Shown here: positions 1 through 9,849 of the stretch, one piece after another
How the letters are laid out: each line of letters opens with the position of its first letter
How positions within the stretch are numbered: the stretch's first letter is position 1
Source of the DNA: a virus
Lineage: Duplodnaviria > Caudoviricetes
Length of the DNA: 27,873 bases
IMG/VR virus record: IMGVR_UViG_3300025251_000061
Location: 1 to 27,873 of that record
Reading direction: 5' to 3' (one strand)
The notes under the pieces: generated by a model
Database searches by the model: none
What the model was told of the DNA's origin: nothing
Seen by the model: only the letters and a program-made list of their open reading frames with translations
Translations under genes and position numbers: made by a program

Positions 1-1
1 A

Positions 2-3000
2 TTCGCCATAGTTAGTATTAGATGAGCGACCACTTGGCACTTCGGTATTCAGCGTACCTGCGCCTGCTAATATAGTAGCACCTGTCGGGCTTGGTAGCCC
101 ATTATATTCATCACCAAAACCGAGATATGTGTTAGAAGAGAAAATGTCACCTGTCTCTTCCGGTGGTAAGTATTCGCGAAGGGTTGTGATAGGGGCGAAT
201 GGTCGCCCTTGTTTGTTAATCGGCATCGGGGCAGGGTGCATATTTTCACCGAGCAGTTCTTCCGGCTGACACCAAAAGTTACGGAACCTGCCACCGTGCC
301 CGACAAGGAATTGAGGCCGATAAGGCGACTGCGCCTTACTGTTGTCAAGCCACACGCAGAAATTGCGACCGCTCGCGCCGGGTACAGTAGAGTGAATAAC
401 TATCGTGAATCCTTCAACACCGTCTACATCTTCCACCACTCGCCCGATATGCGCTCGCATGTACCCCATGTGACTACCGCGGTCAAAGGACGAGAACGCG
501 GTATCGTCCCAAAATGGCGCAGGGTCGTGAGTACTACCTGTCACTGCGAAATCAGCCTTATGGTGAGGCGCAGTAGGGTCTGATTCTTGTTCGGTGTCGG
601 GGCTGTTAGCGGAACGGTTTGTGCCCTGCTTAGTAATATCAAATCGTTCGCTCTCACCGGGGTACTGGTCGGCAGGTCGGCGTTGGTTGCTACGACCGTT
701 TGGTGCCCCTGCTTGGTTGATGAGACGGACAACTTCACGAGCCGCCGCTTCAATATCAGTGACACCCTCTTTCACTCCCACTTCGCCTAAGTCTAACTTG
801 AGCCTACGCACGAAATCCATTTCCGTCCAATGCGGTAAGTGTTTGAGTCGCGCTTCTGAATGGTTAGCAAGGTCAAGATTAGTCGTCCGCTTACCTTTCA
901 GCGCGAGGAATGTAGGGATACAGCGAGTACCTTCGGGTGTATCAAAGAATGTGGATTGGAACGGATAAGCGTCTGCCGCATCATTCAATGTTTTGTAAAT
1001 TGGTGTTTGTTCTATTGATGTCCACGGGTCTGTTGAGTACCAAATAAGACTGCGCGCGTGCCTGTCAGTAGCCGAACCCGGGCAACACACACTGTTCTCT
1101 GTGCGGTCAATACTACCCGGTGTCGGGCACGCGTCAGCAGTATCATTAGTTATCAAATAATTAGGAGCCTGCCGATTCTTCGCAACAGCCGCTAAGACAC
1201 TGAAAACATCATTGAAAGGTGAATTGATATGATACCAAGAGTAGTGGGAATAAGCGCTTTCCATGAACTCAGATTTCCCGTCAATAGCCAATATAGTATC
1301 AACACCACCGGGCGCGAAAAGGTCTGTCACCCCTGCTAATGCGAAACTTTTGGTCACGCCCCTGTCTCGGCGTTGCGTGCGGAACCCATTGGCTACATCA
1401 AGGTCTTTGACTTTCATTTCACGCTGGCTTGATTGAACTTGCATCCACAAGTCTTGGAAACATACTGCTTCGCGGTCATGCGCGACATCATAAAGCAGAA
1501 CTCGGGCATGCTCCTGTGTGGATAGATACGGGTCAACAAACGCTACAACAGGCGCGGCATCACTACGCCCGAGATTTGTCCAATTAAGTTCAATGGTTTT
1601 ATTGACATGCTGAGCATAGTTACGCGCAGTTGTAAGGCAGTCATCACCAATGAGAAAGTTCTCCATATAGACTGTATTGCGGGCTTCAACACCAGCATTA
1701 GTACGACCGCTGTTGAATCCGCTCCACACCTCAAACTCGTTTAATACCCCGCGCGATTTGGCAAACACACCTTCCACCGCATGCGGATTAGTGTACTGCA
1801 TATTCATCCAAACAGTGTCACCTTGACGCAATCCACCGGGCGCGAACGGGTTATTCCAAGTAGCGTTACATAGCCCGTCTTCCATTTTCTGTGGGAATTG
1901 CGTTGCCGATATAGCGTGAACTGATTTGATTGTGAATATGTCTCCTATTGATATACCGGGCGCACCGGAATCAAGAACAGGGTGAGCGACTATGGTTAGT
2001 TCTGTGGCAGAACTATGTACAGTAGCATTAGGGTCAACTGTTAAACTGTAAGTACGGCCGGTTGATTCATTCACACAAGCGTATGTATATACCCCTCCGT
2101 ACAAAAGTGTGGCCTCAACCCACGAGAAGAATTGAATACTCTCTGAATCTTCTGCGTAATAGATAGCGCCACCGGGGTTAGTAGTTACTGTGAACTTTTG
2201 CCCCCCGCTCTTAATACGCGGTAAGTGAGGGTTCTCTTGTGGCCCTGCTTTGAACTCAACAGCGCTGACATATTGTCGTAGGCCGTAGTCTACATTCCCG
2301 CCTTGAGTCTGTACATTCGCCCGGTCGTAATAATACGGGCGGCGAAACTCACGCTTAGTGGTTTTACTATATTCGTCATCTCCGATAATAGGTATATTAT
2401 CATCAATAAATGCGCCACCGGGTCCAATATAAACACCTATTTCTGCGTGTTTTAGGAAGTTTTTACTCATCCCGTTGGTAACACCACCAAGTATATCAAT
2501 CTGTAAATAACCATCCACAGTAGGGTCATTACGATATGTACACCACTCGCCGTTGGCGAGAAATGCGCGCCGTTGTCGCAAGGAATTGTCCATCTCTCGC
2601 ACTTCGCCTGTGCCTGTACTGTAATTACTTGAATCGGGGAAAATTGTACCTTCATCTACATATACTCGGTAATCGCTAATACTCACCGGGCGAGATATTC
2701 TTGTGCCTTTCACATGCTTATCGTTAATCCAATTGATATGATAGGCTCCCATAACCTCTCGGTCAGCGGGCGCGTAATCGGGGCAACGGCGCCCAACAGG
2801 ATTAGGGTTCCAAGTGTGCGCAGTCATCGTGGCGTCAAGCATCAATTTCAGCGAGTTGTCCGGTCCCGGTAATATACCCCTATCTCTATCTTCAAAGAAA
2901 TGGTAAGGGAATACTGGGATTTCCACAAGCGCGCGAGTTGAAGCGTACTGCGTACCGAGTTGGTAATCGTGATTCACGCTACGCAGTGACTGAAACAATC

Positions 3001-6000
3001 GGTCATTGACGGTCGTTCCATCGCTACATAATGCTCCGTCATCAAACAAATTATCAACGAAAAATTGCGTGCCGGGAACTACATTATTAGTAGCAACCCA
3101 AATAGTGTAAGTGGCGGATTCGCTACCATCAGCGTTGAGATATACACCGGTACCTACTGTGGGGACAGAAGGGAACGCGAAAGTCGCAGGTGTTTTACTC
3201 ACATATTCCGCGCTTGCGCCATTAGCGAGATACACGCGCCCCACTTCGGGGAAACAGTAGGTCCCCCATGCTATGAGTGATGTACTGTTATTATTCAAAG
3301 GAACTACTGTTATAGTTGAATTGGGCATAGCAGGTGCCCCAACTACTGATACACGAGCAGCGCAATCGCGCCGCGTAGACCACCCGAGACGACTGAGTGG
3401 TGAAGGGTCAAAAGTAGGTTTAGTATTGACTGCACCTTGACCCGGCCCACCAAGCGTGACCGTGACTACAGGAGCACCCGGCGCTATCTCTTTGATAGGG
3501 TGAGAATCGGGCGAACCATCCCCCAATAAGTCAGCGCTGACATTAACATCGTCCATAAGACCGCGACACTCAATCACTACTTGGCGACCGGTGGCCCCCT
3601 GCCCACTCTCAATAGCGGTTATTCTACCTCGTGCTTGTAGGAACTCAAGCGACACAAACGATGGGTCACCCCCTGTATCCGATTTGCCCACCGCTTTTGC
3701 GAGTTGCATTACACGGTTACGATTAGACGGTTGGAGAATCAGTACATGGTTGCCGCGGTCACGATAGTTGTCAATCACATCAAATACTTCGTTAGCGTGA
3801 GTAGACTGATTCGTAGCACCAACATCAAAAGCGCCGGCTGTATTATCGTTGTCAACAGCAGGGGGTTGGCGATAGTAAGTAGGCGCGGTGCCTACCGGAG
3901 GGTCGGGTATAGCGCGGTTCTGCATACGCATAATCACGCGATTATAGACCGAAGCATGAGTAGGGTCAAGCGAGTGTGAAGAATCAATACCTTGTGGTGG
4001 TCTACGACCGGGGTCACCGACTACGACAGGTGTATGGTTTGAGGGTATCAAACTCTCGTCAAGTTCAATCTCGTATTGTCTACCGCCTGTATTATCACCC
4101 ACTAATCGGTGAGGTTTGAGAGCATCGTGACCATCGCCTGCGGTCTCTTCGCTTATGAGCATCATACCGCCGGGAGAATGAATAGTCAGCCCTGCTGCTA
4201 TCGCGGCCGCAATATGAGCAGCCACGCTTGACCCGCCTATGACCGACCCGCCGGCAGGCACAGTCTTTTCAATCAGTAACATCGCTCCTGTGCCGCCCAT
4301 CTTGCCACCGGTTAGGTCTATCGCGTTGTAGTGGATTTGGACATAGGGAGCCGCATTAGGGGCGAGAGACGGCACTTGGAGGATAGCCACACGCGACTCG
4401 GTCTCCGGTGCCAAATGCAAGTCGTAGACATTATCAGTAGCCAATACAGCCTCAGCCGCGTGACCTTTCAGTAAGAACGGACGGACATTAAAATTAGGAC
4501 CGCCGATTGCGATAATCTCCCTTTTATGTTCAGCGCTTGTAGCACCAGCGGTATGCCCGCTTTCGGTGATTTCTGTCACTGTACTGCTTGTCACCAACGA
4601 TTCAACAGGACCGATGAACGCTTGGCGATGTAATGATACTTGGGTGTTAATTGGTACTTGGTCTTTCAGACCGATTGACTGTCCGTCAAAAAATGCGCTG
4701 AAACTATCGCTCGCCCCATCAACGGTTTTAGTTACTATTTCTTCGTGCGCGGGTGGGAACACTCGTAAGAATGGGTGACCTGTACGCTGGTTATATTTAT
4801 GGCGCGCAGTGTGACCTTCTTTGAATTGGTCTTTGAGAGCGGTAGGCCACGCCGCCGCATCAAACGGGTTTGCGCTTTTACCGATTGAGAGAAAGCGTGA
4901 GTATATTATTCCGTGATTTAGGTTACCGGATTCGTCTATTACCATTTGGCCTGTCCTGTCAATCATCTGTGAGCCGAGGCCCGGTGGTCGGTAAGGCGCG
5001 CCTGTACCACTATCCACTAACAGGTCTCCCTTGACGAGCACCACGAGGCTGTCATTAGCGAGATTGGTGGCTGTCACGAATGCAGTACGAGCGTGTAGTA
5101 CACCTCGCGCGCCAGTGGCATGAGTATCAAAATCAAGATGGACGCTGTTCACTGTGAGGTCGCCATTGGTCGCTACATTGAGTAGACGCACACGCTCCGG
5201 CGGGCTGAGGTTAGCCTTGCCTGTTTTAGTATCACAAATGGTTGGATTGATGAGCAGGTTGAATGGAGTATGAGCGAGAGACTGCAAGCCTGTTGGTGTT
5301 GATACTTGGTAGTTACCGAGACCGTAGTCTGTCGCTACATTGAGCGTTGTTGTAAAAGTGGATTTGTCTTTACCTGTAATGGCCTCATACAGAGCCTGCG
5401 CGCCTGTGGCCCCTACATTGATTGTAGTAGCACCCTCAGCGACATTAGTAGCGATAAAGAAATCGTTTTGGTCTACTTCTGCTGGTTCCTCAAACCGCCA
5501 TAGGCCGATTGTATCGCTACTACTGAGTAGCGGTTCGGGCGTGATTTGTTCACTTATGCCTGTTCTCCAATGAACCGACTCAATGTAACCTCGGAACTCG
5601 CCCCCGCGCCCACCGATATACAAATCGTTCTCGTTCATCTTGAGCGCGTATGTTTTGTCCAATTTCGTTGAAGAGACCAATTCTCCATTGACATAAAGTT
5701 TAATGAGTTTCCCATCAAACGAACCGACAACATGCAGCAATTCACGCCCCTCTTCGTTGAGACAGTTACCGGATGCCATGAACGATGCGTTGTCGCGCGG
5801 ATAGACAAGACCGTTCCAGCCGACACGAGAACTACCTGCTATGACCGGTTCAGCACTGACCGCCCGAAAAATCTGTTTCCCAATATCCGCGTCCTGTACA
5901 TGCACGGAGAACTCAGCCGGTCGTGGTGCTCCTACTCCACCGATTCGTAATTCAAACAGGTCGGCTTTGACCGCCACTACTCCACCGTGGTCGGGCGCTA

Positions 6001-6214
6001 CCCATGCTTCTATGCTGAACGAGTTAAGGACACGCGACACATCTCTTTTGTATGTACGCGAAAAGCCGTTAGCCTGTCCTGTTGTTGTACCGGACGACCG
6101 CGCTCCGTTAGAGAGAGACAAGCCCGTTCGCTCAAAACCGGCTTGAGGAACTACGATACCGTCAGCAACACCGTTGAAGAACAGCGCGTTGCTTGTCTTA
6201 CCGATTAGTGTTAT
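2..6214 (-). CDS. Giant (>2070 aa, 3'-partial) tail tip/baseplate/receptor-binding protein with N-terminal LamG (concanavalin A-like) domain
   Basis: Not in the ORF track, as expected if the frame has no stop in the window. Manual translation from 6214 gives ITLIGKTSNALFFNGVADGIVVP...SFSIEAWVAP...LLHVVGSFDGKLIKLYVNGELV...DLYIGGRGGEFRGYIESVHW...GLWRFEE, which is LamG-like. The same frame is open where spot-checked near 3000 (DYQLGTQYASTRALVEIP) and at positions 2-70. It lies after TMP and Dit. Confidence 0.88.
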   Translation of the reverse strand, partial: MTLIGKTSNALFFNGVADGIVVPQAGFERTGLSLSNGARSSGTTTGQANGFSRTYKRDVSRVLNSFSIEAWVAPDHGGVVAVKADLFELRIGGVGAPRPAEFSVHVQDADIGKQIFRAVSAEPVIAGSSRVGWNGLVYPRDNASFMASGNCLNEEGRELLHVVGSFDGKLIKLYVNGELVSSTKLDKTYALKMNENDLYIGGRGGEFRGYIESVHWRTGISEQITPEPLLSSSDTIGLWRFEEPAEVDQNDFFIATNVAEGATTINVGATGAQALYEAITGKDKSTFTTTLNVATDYGLGNYQVSTPTGLQSLAHTPFNLLINPTICDTKTGKANLSPPERVRLLNVATNGDLTVNSVHLDFDTHATGARGVLHARTAFVTATNLANDSLVVLVKGDLLVDSGTGAPYRPPGLGSQMIDRTGQMVIDESGNLNHGIIYSRFLSIGKSANPFDAAAWPTALKDQFKEGHTARHKYNQRTGHPFLRVFPPAHEEIVTKTVDGASDSFSAFFDGQSIGLKDQVPINTQVSLHRQAFIGPVESLVTSSTVTEITESGHTAGATSAEHKREIIAIGGPNFNVRPFLLKGHAAEAVLATDNVYDLHLAPETESRVAILQVPSLAPNAAPYVQIHYNAIDLTGGKMGGTGAMLLIEKTVPAGGSVIGGSSVAAHIAAAIAAGLTIHSPGGMMLISEETAGDGHDALKPHRLVGDNTGGRQYEIELDESLIPSNHTPVVVGDPGRRPPQGIDSSHSLDPTHASVYNRVIMRMQNRAIPDPPVGTAPTYYRQPPAVDNDNTAGAFDVGATNQSTHANEVFDVIDNYRDRGNHVLILQPSNRNRVMQLAKAVGKSDTGGDPSFVSLEFLQARGRITAIESGQGATGRQVVIECRGLMDDVNVSADLLGDGSPDSHPIKEIAPGAPVVTVTLGGPGQGAVNTKPTFDPSPLSRLGWSTRRDCAARVSVVGAPAMPNSTITVVPLNNNSTSLIAWGTYCFPEVGRVYLANGASAEYVSKTPATFAFPSVPTVGTGVYLNADGSESATYTIWVATNNVVPGTQFFVDNLFDDGALCSDGTTVNDRLFQSLRSVNHDYQLGTQYASTRALVEIPVFPYHFFEDRDRGILPGPDNSLKLMLDATMTAHTWNPNPVGRRCPDYAPADREVMGAYHINWINDKHVKGTRISRPVSISDYRVYVDEGTIFPDSSNYSTGTGEVREMDNSLRQRRAFLANGEWCTYRNDPTVDGYLQIDILGGVTNGMSKNFLKHAEIGVYIGPGGAFIDDNIPIIGDDEYSKTTKREFRRPYYYDRANVQTQGGNVDYGLRQYVSAVEFKAGPQENPHLPRIKSGGQKFTVTTNPGGAIYYAEDSESIQFFSWVEATLLYGGVYTYACVNESTGRTYSLTVDPNATVHSSATELTIVAHPVLDSGAPGISIGDIFTIKSVHAISATQFPQKMEDGLCNATWNNPFAPGGLRQGDTVWMNMQYTNPHAVEGVFAKSRGVLNEFEVWSGFNSGRTNAGVEARNTVYMENFLIGDDCLTTARNYAQHVNKTIELNWTNLGRSDAAPVVAFVDPYLSTQEHARVLLYDVAHDREAVCFQDLWMQVQSSQREMKVKDLDVANGFRTQRRDRGVTKSFALAGVTDLFAPGGVDTILAIDGKSEFMESAYSHYSWYHINSPFNDVFSVLAAVAKNRQAPNYLITNDTADACPTPGSIDRTENSVCCPGSATDRHARSLIWYSTDPWTSIEQTPIYKTLNDAADAYPFQSTFFDTPEGTRCIPTFLALKGKRTTNLDLANHSEARLKHLPHWTEMDFVRRLKLDLGEVGVKEGVTDIEAAAREVVRLINQAGAPNGRSNQRRPADQYPGESERFDITKQGTNRSANSPDTEQESDPTAPHHKADFAVTGSTHDPAPFWDDTAFSSFDRGSHMGYMRAHIGRVVEDVDGVEGFTIVIHSTVPGASGRNFCVWLDNSKAQSPYRPQFLVGHGGRFRNFWCQPEELLGENMHPAPMPINKQGRPFAPITTLREYLPPEETGDIFSSNTYLGFGDEYNGLPSPTGATILAGAGTLNTEVPSGRSSNTNYGE

Positions 6215-6218
6215 AGTA

Positions 6219-7472
6219 TCACAACCCGAAAATCTTGTCTATTGGTTGGAAGGTAATTTCTGCGGCATAGGTTGTCTCCGATGCGTTGTAGGTGAAATTG
6301 CACTGAGTCACAGTGCCGCGAATACCCGTGGAGGAATCGCGTGAATCAAACTTGACAGAAGCGGGATTGGCGTTACCTTGCGCGTTTTGAGCATCGGGTG
6401 AAGTAAGGCCGGTGACAATCATAAAATTGCGTGTGCCGTATCCATTAGGTAACAAAGAGGCATCCACAGGAGCGTGTAGTAACGAATTGTAAGGAATCTG
6501 CAAACCGACTATGTAGTCGTCAGCGCTACCATGTAAATTGAGCGATACATCGCTGTCCCAGCCTCCTCTATCCGCTACACCACCCATGATGTTGAATGCG
6601 CTACCGACCGCTCCACCGACATTAGAGTTAGAGACATTGGCAATCAAGTCTTGCATTTTGTCCGCCGCGCTACGACACGAATGGGTGTTTGTCCCATTAC
6701 TGAAAGTTTGCACGCTTGGTGATGCGGGATGCTCTTCTGCATCGTCTGTCCAAAAGAAAGGTGTAGCGCTATTACCACTCGCCCCTATCTCTGCTTGGGT
6801 TAGCACAATTTTACAGTTACCGAGACCCTCATTAGCACCTGTTGTGAGCGCGACAGTAAATGCAGAATCTGCGGCAGGGTCCCCAAAATCAGTCCCACCA
6901 GTGGAGGTGATAGCGGGGGAGAACGCGCCACCGTGGCCGGTGAACGCCGCGGCGAGTATGGTAGCGATACTGACGCCTGTATCAGCGGCAGCGCTTAGAC
7001 CGACAGTTAGAACATTAGTAGCCGCGCTATGCGACCCTGTGCTTGTATCAAACAATACTTTAATTGCGGTAGCGCCCGTGTTCGCTTGATGCGTAGTTCG
7101 TATAGAGAACGATTTACCGTTGAGGTCGGCCGCTGTGACTTCACCACCATCAGTAGCCATCAATGTATCAACCGCATCTTCGTCTCCTGTATCAGTAAAA
7201 GCACCAAGTGTACTGAAATCAATATAACCCGATGCTGCTGATGCTGCTTGTGCTGTACCGGAGCAGTCGTCATCGGTGAGAACACAATTGAGGCGAATAT
7301 CCGCCATCACGAGATTGAGGTCAGCGCCGATTCGTTCTCCTAATACAGGCACGGGTATAGCGGGAACAGCGCGATTCATACCGAAAGTATAGTCAGTACA
7401 ATGCAAATAGATGAGGTCACCGTTTCGTTGGACGAGGCGAATAGGTAGACCACCACTGGTGCTTGTTCCCAT
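6219..7472 (-). CDS. Distal tail (Dit)/baseplate hub-like virion protein, 417 aa
   Basis: Immediately follows TMP with a TGATG overlap. The beta-rich N- and C-termini (..GIRGTVTQCNFTYNASETTYAAEITF) flank a Gly/Ala/Thr-rich insert. Function is inferred from synteny. Confidence 0.6.
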   Translation of the reverse strand: MGTSTSGGLPIRLVQRNGDLIYLHCTDYTFGMNRAVPAIPVPVLGERIGADLNLVMADIRLNCVLTDDDCSGTAQAASAASGYIDFSTLGAFTDTGDEDAVDTLMATDGGEVTAADLNGKSFSIRTTHQANTGATAIKVLFDTSTGSHSAATNVLTVGLSAAADTGVSIATILAAAFTGHGGAFSPAITSTGGTDFGDPAADSAFTVALTTGANEGLGNCKIVLTQAEIGASGNSATPFFWTDDAEEHPASPSVQTFSNGTNTHSCRSAADKMQDLIANVSNSNVGGAVGSAFNIMGGVADRGGWDSDVSLNLHGSADDYIVGLQIPYNSLLHAPVDASLLPNGYGTRNFMIVTGLTSPDAQNAQGNANPASVKFDSRDSSTGIRGTVTQCNFTYNASETTYAAEITFQPIDKIFGL

Positions 7473-9154
7473 CAGTAACCTCTCCTTGTTGTACCGCGAC
7501 CGTATCGCCGCATCTCTTTCTGAATCTCGTCACTTATTTGCATGGCGAACGCCCTCTTGTCTGAGCGGTCAGTCATACCGCTGACATCAATGTTGATGTT
7601 GAAAGTATTACCCATACCGCCGCCCTTACCGAGTGGTACCACCGCTTCGGGTCCAGCCTCACCGATTAGCGCGAGGGTCGGGCCTGTTACAATTCCACCT
7701 TCCGCGAGACCGGGTATATTGAACTTCTTTGGCATCGGTCCAATCTCCCCCCCACCGAGAACCTTTGGTAATGTAAAATGAATCATCTCCGCGATATTAT
7801 TATTATACCATTTGATAATTTCAAGACCCAGTGCTCTTATCGCGGCCATAAACTTCGCTTTAGCACCACCGGGGGTATTCGCTATAATATCGGCTAACCA
7901 TTTTACCTTCTTTCTTATCCAGTTAATACCAAATCTTATCCCTTTAATGAGTGCTCCTCCCAATTTCCATATTATCTTCCACGGGGTTAAAATGAATCCT
8001 AAAATAGCCTTAGCGGCGGTCTGAACTCTTGACTCCCCTCTACCTAAACTCGCGCTTGCGTCTGCGCCGCCGCCTGTGAATAGCCCTGTTATTTGGTCCC
8101 AATAGCGGATAACGAGCGCTACTATACCAACGATTAATGCAATCACAATCGCGACAGGCCAAGTCAACCCCAATATAATTACCAACCCAATAGCCAGCAT
8201 AGCAACACCAACAATAGTGACAACCCACGCGACACCATCACTGAACTTTCCTGTCGCTACCATCCATAACGCGACAAGCCCTCCGATGAGGAGGCCCCAT
8301 GCCAACATAACGCCCGCCATCGCGGCGACAGTTATTCCATAAAATTGAGCAATTGCGACAACCACTGTGCTGATGAACCCCGACCCAAAATATCCAGCAA
8401 ATAGTATGACGCCGGATAATAATACCGCCACCACTGCTACCAACCCCCAAAAGGTGATAACGACATTATCTGTCTCTTCCATCAACCATCTATAAGAACC
8501 AACGAGGAGAACAACAGCGCCCACTGCTAAGGCAATCGGGGCACCGACAACCATCAGCATTATACCGACTGCCAAAAGCGAAGCGGCTACAACATCAAGC
8601 GCTCCCGCTAACCCACCTGCTCCATCTTCACCCGTCAGAACAAAAACGAGACCCACGACCGCGTCACTCAATAACGGAATATCGGCAGTGAGTTGCACTA
8701 CAGGCGAGTTCATTCCGTCAAACGCGAGGGAAACCACCGCCAGCGCGAAACCTATTACTAAGAATATGGCGAACAGGCCAAACAGGCGTGCTGTGAATCG
8801 CCCGAGTAGTGTGTTACTCGTGGCTGTAATTTTATTCATCCCTTTACCGATTTTGCTGTAAGCCATCATAGGGATAAGGATTTTCTGCATAATTGTCATG
8901 TTTTCTTTACGCTTCTTTTTCTCTTTGTCGCTCAGTTGGTGCCATTCGCCCATATTGTGTAGACTCTTCTTCAAGGATTTACGGTAATTGTCTATCCCTA
9001 TTACCATCTTAACAAACGGCATCCCTCTTATGGCTCCTCTGAGACCTGCCATTTTTCTTTCAACGATGCCGACAGATGACGCCATTGAGTCAAAGCCTTT
9101 CTGCATCTCAATAATTTTTGTAATATCGCCGGGTGCTATTACGGGGTCTGCCAT
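7472..9154 (-). CDS. Tail tape measure protein, 560 aa
   Basis: Helical, Ala/Gly/Ile-rich protein with many hydrophobic segments. It has the TMP-typical C-terminal motif GLAEGGIVTGPTLALIGEAGPEAVVPL and lies downstream of the chaperone pair. Confidence 0.88.
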   Translation of the reverse strand: MADPVIAPGDITKIIEMQKGFDSMASSVGIVERKMAGLRGAIRGMPFVKMVIGIDNYRKSLKKSLHNMGEWHQLSDKEKKKRKENMTIMQKILIPMMAYSKIGKGMNKITATSNTLLGRFTARLFGLFAIFLVIGFALAVVSLAFDGMNSPVVQLTADIPLLSDAVVGLVFVLTGEDGAGGLAGALDVVAASLLAVGIMLMVVGAPIALAVGAVVLLVGSYRWLMEETDNVVITFWGLVAVVAVLLSGVILFAGYFGSGFISTVVVAIAQFYGITVAAMAGVMLAWGLLIGGLVALWMVATGKFSDGVAWVVTIVGVAMLAIGLVIILGLTWPVAIVIALIVGIVALVIRYWDQITGLFTGGGADASASLGRGESRVQTAAKAILGFILTPWKIIWKLGGALIKGIRFGINWIRKKVKWLADIIANTPGGAKAKFMAAIRALGLEIIKWYNNNIAEMIHFTLPKVLGGGEIGPMPKKFNIPGLAEGGIVTGPTLALIGEAGPEAVVPLGKGGGMGNTFNINIDVSGMTDRSDKRAFAMQISDEIQKEMRRYGRGTTRRGY

Positions 9155-9160
9155 TTTTCA

Positions 9161-9460
9161 TCACCATCCTTCGCTGCCCGGAAACGGCCTGCCCGTATCA
9201 GTTCCCGCGACACGCTGCCCCTGCTTCATATCTCCGGTCGCTTTCTTCATTTCGTCCGCTTCGTAACGCTGCGCGGCAGTCGCCCACGCGAACGAAGTAG
9301 CGAAGTCTTCCTTGCTCATTGAGCGCGCTTCGCTCATGCTAATTTTGAAATGCCGTGCTACAAGGTAGACCATACCATCAATGAGATGCTCAACGCTATT
9401 ACTACTATGCGGATTTTTCATGGATTGATATACGGCCTCGGCCCTCTCGGGCCACTCTAC
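9161..9460 (-). CDS. Tail assembly chaperone -1 frame extension (lambda gpT-like); includes the 86-aa ORF 9161..9421
   Basis: The -1 frame is open from the slippery site (VEWPERAEAVYQS) directly into MKNPHSS...EGW. The predicted fusion is about 229 aa and sits directly upstream of TMP. Confidence 0.8.
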   Translation of the reverse strand, partial: VEWPERAEAVYQSMKNPHSSNSVEHLIDGMVYLVARHFKISMSEARSMSKEDFATSFAWATAAQRYEADEMKKATGDMKQGQRVAGTDTGRPFPGSEGW

Positions 9461-9466
9461 AAAGGG
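9440..9466 (-). promoter_or_regulatory. Programmed -1 ribosomal frameshift signal
   Basis: Minus strand reads GCC CCT TTG TAG AGT GGCCC GAGA GGGCC. This gives an X XXY YYZ heptamer CCCTTTG (9466-9460), a 6-nt spacer, and a 5-bp GC stem with a GAGA tetraloop (9453-9440). Confidence 0.85.
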
Positions 9467-9849
9467 GCAGAGACGATGTCCTGTGGCTGGGGAAGCAGGG
9501 CAGTCAACTGCTGTCCTACATAGGCGCTAAGGCCCATCATCTGCGTCTTTGATAAATTAGGCTCAGTGCGTTCAATGCACTTATCCATCATGTATTTCCA
9601 ATACCCTGCAAGGTCAAGGTCTACACCGCCGCCAGCATCTATGCTAACGAACGATTTAACCGCCTCTTGCATTTGTAGGAAGGTCAAATCCTTGACCCAA
9701 ACTTTCATCACCATATTCTCATCTTCGGCGTCTACGCGAACCGTATGTTCACGAGCAGCCGGTGCAACCATCAAATTATTGATGTCGCTAACAATCGTAT
9801 AGTTCTCTTTCTGCGCTCTATTCTGTTCTGTCGTCTCCTGTTGACTCAC
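9457..9849 (-). CDS. Tail assembly chaperone (lambda gpG-like), 130 aa
   Basis: Size, position between tail tube and TMP, and a terminal slippery site. Confidence 0.8.
   Translation of the reverse strand: MSQQETTEQNRAQKENYTIVSDINNLMVAPAAREHTVRVDAEDENMVMKVWVKDLTFLQMQEAVKSFVSIDAGGGVDLDLAGYWKYMMDKCIERTEPNLSKTQMMGLSAYVGQQLTALLPQPQDIVSAPL

Noticed and set aside
1-6218. Apparent 6-kb gene desert or non-coding region
   Set aside because: Explained by one giant ORF whose stop lies outside the window, so recoding or an ncRNA is not needed.
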